NCBI GenBank assembly: GCA_903913865.1
Contig: CAIWMU010000213.1
Span: 26,854 to 90,853 of the forward strand
Source: an uncultured Verrucomicrobia subdivision 3 bacterium
GTDB lineage: Bacteria; Verrucomicrobiota; Verrucomicrobiia; Limisphaerales; UBA8199
Reading direction: 5' to 3'
DNA: 64,000 bases
Shown here: one piece after another, positions 16,695-24,054 of the stretch
Layout: each line of letters begins with the position of its first letter
Numbering within the stretch: the stretch's first letter is position 1
Made by a program: the position numbers and the translations under genes
Notes under the pieces: generated by a model
Seen by the model: the letters and a program-made list of their open reading frames with translations, nothing else
What the model was told of the DNA's origin: nothing
Database searches by the model: none

Positions 16695-17092
16695 GCCACA
16701 CTCTACACGAGAACTTAAAAATTGTCCTACGATGCGGCGCCGCAGACACGCGCCTTTCCAAACTTACACACGGTCTGGAATACTGCGTTTGTGCATCGTT
16801 AACACGCCATTAAACTACCAGATCCACAGCCGGGCGGTAGTCACCAGTACTGGTGACACGGATGTCCCCAATCGATGTCCCCAGAATCCATCCCCCTTCA
16901 TCGTGCCCGACCACGTTTAATCCACCCGACTTTTTCATCAGACCACAAGTCCACCACACGATGCGCTGCTCGCTGGATCTGGATTGTTCCGTTTTTATTG
17001 AAGCCTTGGCTTCCGGCCCGCCGAGGCTGTAACCTGAGCGGGATGATTCGCACTTGCCGGACAGATTTGGGAGTTGTTTTTGCCAACGCTCC

Positions 17093-18067
17093 ATGGGGGG
17101 ACGCATGAGCAGAGTGGGGCGCATTCTTTGTGTCGGGACCACCCCGGCTTTGCAGCGGGTGATTGTTTTCAATTCGATCACTTCCAACGCGGTGAATCGT
17201 GCTGTTCAGACCCATGAAGTTCCGGCCGGGAAGTCCGTCAATGTGGCGAAGGTTTTGCATACCCTGGGGTTGAGCCCGGCAGCGCTGGGCTTTTTAGGGG
17301 GGCTGCGGGGCGGTGTGATCCGTTCCGATCTGGCGATGCGGGGAATTGAGACCCTGTTTCTGGAAACAGATGCACCCACCCGGGAATGCGTCACGGTGCT
17401 GGATCTCAAAGCACAAACCCAGACTGAACTTGTGGAGGAAAGCGCCCCGCTGCCTCCGGCACTGTTTGGTGAGTTGCTGGAACTGATAAAGAAGCATGTG
17501 GGGGACTGTCATGCGGTGGTCCTGTCCGGCACTGTGGCCCCGGGAGGCCCCCGGGATTTTTATTCGAGATGCGTGCGAATTGCCAATGATGCCGGGGTGC
17601 TTTCGGTGCTCGACGCGCAGGGGGCGGCGCTGATGGAGAGCCTTCCCGCAGGACCCGGCCTTGTGAAGCCGAACCGTGGAGAGCTTGGCGTGTCGGTTGG
17701 AACCGTGCTCCGGAATGAATCGGACGTTTGCGGTGCGATGCGGCAACTGGTGGAGGCGGGTGCCCGCCAGGTGGTTGTCACTGCGGGACGGGAGCCTGTG
17801 ATTGCGTTTGATGGCAGGACGTTCTGGCGCATCACCCCTCCGAACGTTGAAGTGCGCAACCCGATCGGGTCTGGGGACTCCTTTACTGCGGCCATGGTGG
17901 CACGGATGGCTGGCGGGGATGATTTTGAGGAGGCCTGCCGTTGGGGGGCGGCTGCGGGATCCGCCAACGCCCTGACAATCCTTCCGGGAGAGTTGGATGC
18001 CGATGTTCTGAGAGGACTTGTGAAGAAGGTGTTGCTGGAGAGGCTTCCCGGTGGAACCTCGTGCTGA
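17093..18067 (+). CDS. PfkB-family sugar kinase (1-phosphofructokinase / tagatose-6-phosphate kinase subgroup).
   Basis: Segments seen: ILCVGTTPALQRV, AGKSVNVAKVL, VLSGTV, VKPNRGEL, and the PfkB signature NPIGSGDSFTAAMV. The start is uncertain (ATG at 17093 or 17105; TTG at 17054 in the ORF track). Confidence 0.8.
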   Translation: MGGRMSRVGRILCVGTTPALQRVIVFNSITSNAVNRAVQTHEVPAGKSVNVAKVLHTLGLSPAALGFLGGLRGGVIRSDLAMRGIETLFLETDAPTRECVTVLDLKAQTQTELVEESAPLPPALFGELLELIKKHVGDCHAVVLSGTVAPGGPRDFYSRCVRIANDAGVLSVLDAQGAALMESLPAGPGLVKPNRGELGVSVGTVLRNESDVCGAMRQLVEAGARQVVVTAGREPVIAFDGRTFWRITPPNVEVRNPIGSGDSFTAAMVARMAGGDDFEEACRWGAAAGSANALTILPGELDADVLRGLVKKVLLERLPGGTSC

Positions 18068-18073
18068 TTTCAA

Positions 18074-18568
18074 ATGAAAGAACCAAATAAAACCCGCAGA
18101 CCGGAAAGATCCATCATCCCGGGCCTGGCCTGGATCGTGGCAGTTCTTGTGGCATGCAGTTCCTGCTCGAAGCCGCAGGATTCGCCCCCGCCCCCGGTTG
18201 CAACCCCGGTGACAAATGCACCAGCCCATATTGACGCGGGCACGAATGCCACCCCGGCACGCTTCAGTGCCCTGGTGGGCAGATGGATCCGGCTGGATGG
18301 GGATTACCTTCTTGAAATCCGGGGAATCAATGGTGCGGGCGAGATGGAAGCCGGATACTTCAATCCCGATCCGATCAAGGTTTCAAAAGCGCTGGCCATC
18401 AAGGAGGGGGAGGAGACGAAGGTCTTTGTGGAATTGCGGGATGTGAACTACCCCGGCTGCACCTACACCCTCGTTTACGCTCCGTCGAGTGACCAGCTTT
18501 CAGGCACCTACTACCAGGCGGCGATGCAGCAGACCTACGACGTCGTTTTTTCACGATTCCGGCAGTGA
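18074..18568 (+). CDS. Hypothetical lipoprotein.
   Basis: The signal peptide has the lipobox AVLVAC. A Pro-rich linker is followed by a small beta-rich domain. It lies 6 nt after the pfkB-family gene. I recognise no family. Confidence 0.6.
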   Translation: MKEPNKTRRPERSIIPGLAWIVAVLVACSSCSKPQDSPPPPVATPVTNAPAHIDAGTNATPARFSALVGRWIRLDGDYLLEIRGINGAGEMEAGYFNPDPIKVSKALAIKEGEETKVFVELRDVNYPGCTYTLVYAPSSDQLSGTYYQAAMQQTYDVVFSRFRQ

Positions 18569-18735
18569 GCCGGTGTGGCAGGACGGTGTGGCGTTTCCCA
18601 GGCGGGGCAGGGGGGCGGGTGCCCGGGGGAGGGAAATTTGGAGGGACGTTCAAATTCGTTGGAAATAGGTCTTGCAAAACAGGTCTCAGATGGTAGGCTC
18701 CTTGCTCTTTATCTGAGCAGAAAGACAAACTTGGT

Positions 18736-19005
18736 ATGGCAAAAATTTGTGAATTGACCGGAAAGCGCCCTATGAAGGGCAGCATCATTTGGCGCAGTGG
18801 TAAATCGAAGAAGAGCGGCGGTATCGGCACTCACGTGACTGCGATCACGAAGCGTCGTTTTCTGCCGAATCTGCAGCGCGTGAAGGCTGTTGTGGATGGC
18901 GAAGTGCGCTACATCCGCGTGACGGCCAACGCGATCAAGCAGGGACTCGTCACCAAGGCCCCGAAGCGGACCTGGAAGAAGCCCGAAGCCAAAGCCAAGG
19001 CTTGA
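18736..19005 (+). CDS. rpmB: 50S ribosomal protein L28.
   Basis: MAKICELTGKRPMKG...RRFLPNLQRVKAVVDGEVRYIRVTANAIK is the typical L28 pattern. Confidence 0.9.
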   Translation: MAKICELTGKRPMKGSIIWRSGKSKKSGGIGTHVTAITKRRFLPNLQRVKAVVDGEVRYIRVTANAIKQGLVTKAPKRTWKKPEAKAKA

Positions 19006-19048
19006 TTCAACCTCCGGCCCTGAGCCGGTGGTGGGTATCATTTTCGCG

Positions 19049-19087
19049 CAGGAGCAGCTCCATTGGGGTTGCTCCTGTTTGTGTTTT
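19049..19087 (+). terminator. Rho-independent terminator after rpmB. Its T-tract overlaps the stop codon of the convergent ATPase gene.
   Basis: caggagcag / 11-nt loop / ttgctcctg forms a 9-bp stem including one G-U pair, followed by tttgtgtttt. Confidence 0.7.
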
Positions 19088-20825
19088 AGGAAGTTGCAAC
19101 CGGGGTGATGATCCGTGTCCAGCGTTCCTGCTCCTGAATGGGGATCAAGCCCTCCTGGACCTTGGACCAGCCCACCTCGCGAAGGGACCGCCAGCCAACT
19201 TTCCGCGCGGCATTCCGAAGATCCCCGGTGCGCAGACTGGGTTGGATGAGGTCGGCAATGTCCTGGTTGAGCAGGAAGAATTCATATAGAGCAACCCGCC
19301 CGCGTTGGCCTTTCTGGCCACATTCCACACAACCAGCACCCCGGTAGGCGCGAACCTCCGACGGGGCCACGTGCAAGGAGGCGGCCATTTCATTCCGGAT
19401 TCCATCAGGAATCTCCGTGTCCGGGGTGACGCAGTGGCGGCAGATGCGCCGGGCCAGGCGCTGGGAAATAGAACAGACCAGAGAGGATGCGATGAGGTAG
19501 GGTTCGATGCGCATCTCCATGAGGCGGGTGATGGCGCTGACGCTGTCGTTGGTGTGAAGGGTTGAAAGCACAAGGTGCCCCGTCTGTGCGGCGCGCACGG
19601 CAATCTCAGCCGTCTCAAAATCGCGTATTTCCCCCACCAGAACGACATCCGGATCGTGGCGGAGGACAGAACGCAACCCGGCGGCGAATGTGAGGCCGAT
19701 CTGCTCCCTGACTTGGATCTGGACCACCCCGTCCAACTGGTATTCTATCGGATCTTCAAACGTGATGATCTTGCGGCCTTCATCATTGGCCTGTGCGAGG
19801 GCGGTATAGAGGGTGGTTGTCTTCCCGCTGCCCGTTGGGCCGGTGAGAAGGACCAGTCCCTGCGGCAGTTGCGTGAGTTGCGCAAAGACAGCCTCCTGGT
19901 TCGGATCCATGCCAAGCTGGCCAAGATCGAGAAAAAGGCTTTGCCTTCCCAGGATGCGCAGGCAGATCCCCTCGCCGTGTCTTGTTGGAACAATCGAAAC
20001 GCGGAGGTCGTATTCCTCCTCACCGGTTTTCATGGCGATCCGCCCGTCATGCGGCAGCCGCTTTTCGGCGATGTTCAACCCTGCCATGATTTTCAACCGT
20101 GACACGACAGCGTTATGGAGGTGTCGCATGTCCGGCGGAACTGGAACCGTTTCGAGAATGCCGTCCACCCGGTAACGGAGGCGTATGGAATTGGCGTAGG
20201 GTTCCAGATGGACATCCGTGGCGCGGAGCCGGAGCGCTTCCTGCAGGATCTGGTCCACGAAGGCCCCGACGGTGGCCTCCACCATGGAATCGGTCTCCTT
20301 GCCCTGGACATCAAAGACAATTTCCTGACTGATTTCCGTCCCACCCCTTTCCTCGCGCAGCCGTTCGATGGTTTCAGCACCGAGGCCGAAATTCTTCTTG
20401 ATGACCGCATGGATGGAGCTTGGGGTTGAAAGCACCTCCCGAAAGCGTTTGTTCAGGAGCAGGCGCAGGTTCCCGAGATCCATCTGCCGGGGCGGTTCGC
20501 TAAAAGCGAGGACGATGCAGTCCCCCTCAATACCCACCGGGAGCATCCGATAGTGGAAGATGAACCTTATCGGGATGAGATCAAGAGTCTCCCTCTTCAG
20601 CTCCAGAGCCATCGGGTCCACGAACTCAAGATTCCGGGCGGCTGCAAGCGCCTTCCACGTTTCCTCCTCGGAAGCAAAGTTCAGATCTACAATGGCCTTG
20701 TGCTGGGGAAGGTTCAGGCGCTTTTGCCGACGCCGCACCTGCTCCAATTGCGACTGAGTCATCCGCCCCTGTTCGGCAAGCAGATCTCCCGCTTCACGTT
20801 CCTGTGTTGGCGCGTCGGGACTCAT
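19086..20825 (-). CDS. GspE/PilB-family secretion ATPase (T2SS / type IV pilus assembly ATPase).
   Basis: It has an N-terminal T2SSE_N-like domain, the Walker A motif LLTGPTGSGKTTTLY, the Asp box VLVGEIRD, the His box LVLSTLHTND, and the tetracysteine cluster CRHC...CVECG. Confidence 0.9.
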   Translation of the reverse strand: MSPDAPTQEREAGDLLAEQGRMTQSQLEQVRRRQKRLNLPQHKAIVDLNFASEEETWKALAAARNLEFVDPMALELKRETLDLIPIRFIFHYRMLPVGIEGDCIVLAFSEPPRQMDLGNLRLLLNKRFREVLSTPSSIHAVIKKNFGLGAETIERLREERGGTEISQEIVFDVQGKETDSMVEATVGAFVDQILQEALRLRATDVHLEPYANSIRLRYRVDGILETVPVPPDMRHLHNAVVSRLKIMAGLNIAEKRLPHDGRIAMKTGEEEYDLRVSIVPTRHGEGICLRILGRQSLFLDLGQLGMDPNQEAVFAQLTQLPQGLVLLTGPTGSGKTTTLYTALAQANDEGRKIITFEDPIEYQLDGVVQIQVREQIGLTFAAGLRSVLRHDPDVVLVGEIRDFETAEIAVRAAQTGHLVLSTLHTNDSVSAITRLMEMRIEPYLIASSLVCSISQRLARRICRHCVTPDTEIPDGIRNEMAASLHVAPSEVRAYRGAGCVECGQKGQRGRVALYEFFLLNQDIADLIQPSLRTGDLRNAARKVGWRSLREVGWSKVQEGLIPIQEQERWTRIITPVATS

Positions 20826-21352
20826 TTCAACGGAACTTCGACGATGGTCTTCACGTTCATCGGCAGAAGGTTGGTCAGTCCCGCGTGGTTCGTCAACACG
20901 AGGGCCTGCATATTGGCAGCGGAGATTGAAAGGTTGGTGACGAGTTGCGATCCAACCGGTATCTCAACCAGCGTATCGATCATACGCACTATGACCCTTG
21001 TCGAGGAACCAGTGGTCTTGTAATAACCAAGGTAGGTGATCTCGATTTTTCGGGTTGTGGGTGGAGGGGGGGGGCCGGGGGCCGGGGCGGGGACAAAATA
21101 ACGAGTGTAAAAAGGGCTCGTGGCATCCTGTTTGGTGATTTTTACCTGCACCATCTGGGTAGAGTAGAGATCCGCCAGATTTGTGACGGGTGGCAGGACT
21201 TGCGGCTGACCACGGAGGACATCCGTGTCATGAAAATAGGGGGTGGTGCCGTGAAAGCTGGTCAGACCGAAGATAAGAAGCATCCACAGGGCAACGTGAA
21301 CCGCCATGGACAGCGATCGGCTCTTCAACAAGGAATGGAGCAGTCCGGTCAT
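20822..21352 (-). CDS. Small bitopic protein of the secretin operon (PilP-like by position and architecture).
   Basis: It has an N-terminal TM helix, a poly-Pro linker (PAPAPGPPPPPTT) and a C-terminal beta-rich domain. An ATGA overlap couples it to the ATPase gene. The PilP-like assignment is architectural only. Confidence 0.55.
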   Translation of the reverse strand: MTGLLHSLLKSRSLSMAVHVALWMLLIFGLTSFHGTTPYFHDTDVLRGQPQVLPPVTNLADLYSTQMVQVKITKQDATSPFYTRYFVPAPAPGPPPPPTTRKIEITYLGYYKTTGSSTRVIVRMIDTLVEIPVGSQLVTNLSISAANMQALVLTNHAGLTNLLPMNVKTIVEVPLK

Positions 21353-21356
21353 GGGG

Positions 21357-22175
21357 TTACTCGCGATAAACGAAACCTAAAACGCGCAGGGACACGCGGA
21401 CTTCGTCCGTCTTATCAGGTGACTGCCGCTTGATGATGAGCCTGTCCACGAAGAGTGGTGGCTTTGTCGGGGCATTTGTGGGGAAGCCCTGCGCAGTAAT
21501 TTCCTCCGTGCGCAGGGGGAGGCTTTGGATGAAATCGATCGCATTGGCGATCGGGGATGTGAATTCGAATTGGATCGGAACCTCGCTCAGGTCGCCAGCA
21601 ACGCCAACGACCGGGGAGTTGGTCGGGGAGACATCGACTTCAAGCGAGTGCATGATCGGGATCTGATGAAACAGAGCGGATTTGACCATTCCCTCCACCA
21701 TGGCGAGTTCAGCCCAGAGGAGGTGTTGGTAAACGATGTCGGCGGTGTGCTGCGGGAACCCCGCATAAACGGCAGGCTCGACCGTGATCTTGCTGCGGGT
21801 GGCCTGTGCAGCCAGATCATCGAGCTGCTTGCTGCGTTCGTTTTCGTAATCGACCAACTGAAAGGGGGCCGATGTGCGGATCCGGACTGAAGGGGGCATC
21901 TCGACCCGGGCGAGGGCCTTCTTTCGTGCGGCATCCAGACGGGAGATGGCGGTGCGGGTGTCCTGAAGTTGATTCGTCAGAACCGTGAAGTTGAGGGCGA
22001 AGGCGTTGGTTTGCTCCAGAGATAGGGCGAGCTTTTCCCAAGCCTGCTTGAGGGGGGCATCGAGGCTCTCCGCCCGTCGTTTGATGGGAAGAAACACGAA
22101 CGCGTAATAGGCTGCGAGGACCAACCCTGTCAGGGGTAGGATTGCGCGCCGTTTATATGCATTGAGGGATGCCAT
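21357..22175 (-). CDS. Bitopic coiled-coil protein of the secretin operon (PilO/GspM-like by architecture).
   Basis: I place the start at the ATG at 22175 (MASLNAYKRRAILPLTGLVLAAYYAFVFL), 4 nt after the upstream stop. The order is TM helix, coiled coil, then an alpha/beta C-terminal domain. Confidence 0.55.
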   Translation of the reverse strand: MASLNAYKRRAILPLTGLVLAAYYAFVFLPIKRRAESLDAPLKQAWEKLALSLEQTNAFALNFTVLTNQLQDTRTAISRLDAARKKALARVEMPPSVRIRTSAPFQLVDYENERSKQLDDLAAQATRSKITVEPAVYAGFPQHTADIVYQHLLWAELAMVEGMVKSALFHQIPIMHSLEVDVSPTNSPVVGVAGDLSEVPIQFEFTSPIANAIDFIQSLPLRTEEITAQGFPTNAPTKPPLFVDRLIIKRQSPDKTDEVRVSLRVLGFVYRE

Positions 22176-22179
22176 GCGT

Positions 22180-24054
22180 TCAGTCCGGAGGTCTGGAGAG
22201 GGGCGGGACGTCGTTTCGAGGCGGACCGATCCGGCGTGGCGGTATTCGCGTGGTGGGGACGGTTGGCGGTTTACGGGGGATCGGTTGCGAGAACTCTGTG
22301 CGTGCAAAATCCAGGGCTAGCACGAAGTGGCGGTCTGGCAGGAGCAGCTTGGGATCGGCGAGGTTCCTCCTGAGATCGTCGGAGAGCAGATCGACCCGTG
22401 AAAAAACAGGCTGCTTTTCAAGTTCACTCACCAGTTCGCGCAAGGTATGGCGGGCGGTTTCGGCATCATCAGGGATGCAAAGCTCGGCAATGAAGCCGGG
22501 TTTCGCGGGGCTTGCGTTGGTGGTGGGGAGGGGTTGCGGACCGTATTCGACGATCAGCGGGGCAGGCTTTGCCCGCTCGGCAAGGGTTGAGAGGAGGTTG
22601 GTGCGAATGATCCTGTTGGTGGAGGGCGGCGGTGGGGGCTGGCGGAAATAGCTTTCCTGATCGGCCATCAGGACATACCAGAGCGCCCGGTTGCTTCGGG
22701 ATTGCTGGAGCACTGCGATTGTGGCGAGGGTGTCCACCATTCCCTGCCGGGCCGCGAAGACTGGCCGCAGCAGGTCATACTGCACCGCCAGATCTGCGCT
22801 GAGAGCATGGTTCGCCTCCAGCAATTCCCGACCTGAGGCCACTTTTCGAAGTAATTCCTGTTTTGTGCGAATCAGGCTGACCTGATAGAACGTTGCCAGG
22901 AGGAAGGCCACAGCACACAACCCTGCCAGAACCAGCGATGCCAGATCCACCCTTTGCCGGAGCAACCGCCGCTTCCAGACAGCGCGGAACTCATCGGGCA
23001 GCAGTGAGACAGGATGCGCACAGCACCCAAGGGATTGGAGCGCTGCCCCGAATGCGACCTCCATGCCTTTGCGTGGTGCCGGAAAATCCTGTTGGGCCGG
23101 GGGGGGCCAGGGGGTGATCAGGAGATTCTGCCCCGCGAGGTATTCTCGCAGCCCAGGCTGCTCCAAGCCGCCTCCGCTCCCAATCATTTCGAAAGAATCC
23201 TGACGGTGGCCGACCGCAGTCCCCCTCCGGAAGCAATCTGCGAGCTGGCGCTTCAATTCCGCAGTCCAGCCATCCACCACGGCCCTGAATTCCTTGGAGG
23301 CATCCAGACCGGAAAACAGGTTGCGGGTGGTTCTGATGTGCTCAGCCTGTTCTTCAGGACACGCCAGCTGGCGGGAAAGTGCCCGTGTGAAAAAGTCCGC
23401 CCCCATCTGGAAACTCGAGGCAAAAGCGCCCTGACCGGCGACCACCACCACCACCAGTGTGGTCTCCGCCCCAAGGTGCACAAGGATCGCACGGGAGCCA
23501 AGGGGGGTGCCCGCCCGATAGGCGGCGATCAGCGCGTTTGCCGTGGTGGTGACATCTGAAATGTCCTGATCCTCAAGCCCGAATCGGGTGATCCGCTCCC
23601 GAATTTCCCCTTCCTGGGCGTAAGTGACCCAAAACTGCTGGCGGGGGTTGGATTGGCCCGAGTCCCCAATCTTGACGAAGTCGTGAACAAAGCGGCTTTC
23701 ACTCACGCCGCTCAATTTCACGATTTCATCAGAGATCAGCCTCCTTGCCTCACTCTCGGGAACCTGGGGCAGATCAAACACCTGAGAGACGGAAAGTTGC
23801 TGGGGCAGCACGACTGCCACCGGCGGATCTCCCCAATCGTCCAAAAGGTTCTTCAGGTGGGTCTGGATTTCCTCTGCCGAGACCAGCCCCTCCTCTTCAA
23901 GGTCGATTGTCTCCTCCTTGCGAATACGCACCCGACCGAAATCGCTCTCGGCGAGGAGCAGCTTGATGCGGCGACTGCCGGCATCAATGGCAAGCACCCG
24001 CCGCATGGCGGGGCGTAGCTCACTCAGGTTTAGGATGGAGGCGAACCGGTTCAC
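22180..24054 (-). CDS. PilM-PilN fusion-like protein: a cytoplasmic actin-like ATPase domain, a TM helix, and a periplasmic domain.
   Basis: The N-terminus LAIDAGSRRIKLLLAE and an internal GAETTLVVVV are phosphate-binding-like motifs of the PilM/FtsA fold. The TM helix LASLVLAGLCAVAFLLATF is followed by a coiled coil, as in PilN. The GTG start overlaps the secretin stop (GTGA). Confidence 0.7.
   Translation of the reverse strand: MNRFASILNLSELRPAMRRVLAIDAGSRRIKLLLAESDFGRVRIRKEETIDLEEEGLVSAEEIQTHLKNLLDDWGDPPVAVVLPQQLSVSQVFDLPQVPESEARRLISDEIVKLSGVSESRFVHDFVKIGDSGQSNPRQQFWVTYAQEGEIRERITRFGLEDQDISDVTTTANALIAAYRAGTPLGSRAILVHLGAETTLVVVVVAGQGAFASSFQMGADFFTRALSRQLACPEEQAEHIRTTRNLFSGLDASKEFRAVVDGWTAELKRQLADCFRRGTAVGHRQDSFEMIGSGGGLEQPGLREYLAGQNLLITPWPPPAQQDFPAPRKGMEVAFGAALQSLGCCAHPVSLLPDEFRAVWKRRLLRQRVDLASLVLAGLCAVAFLLATFYQVSLIRTKQELLRKVASGRELLEANHALSADLAVQYDLLRPVFAARQGMVDTLATIAVLQQSRSNRALWYVLMADQESYFRQPPPPPSTNRIIRTNLLSTLAERAKPAPLIVEYGPQPLPTTNASPAKPGFIAELCIPDDAETARHTLRELVSELEKQPVFSRVDLLSDDLRRNLADPKLLLPDRHFVLALDFARTEFSQPIPRKPPTVPTTRIPPRRIGPPRNDVPPLSRPPD

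Noticed and set aside
16810-17187. A 125-aa minus-strand ORF overlapping the pfkB-family gene start.
   Set aside because: The N-terminal two-thirds is antisense to the kinase start region and its upstream sequence, and has no coding character. Only the last 42 codons are kept as a low-confidence possibility in the findings.
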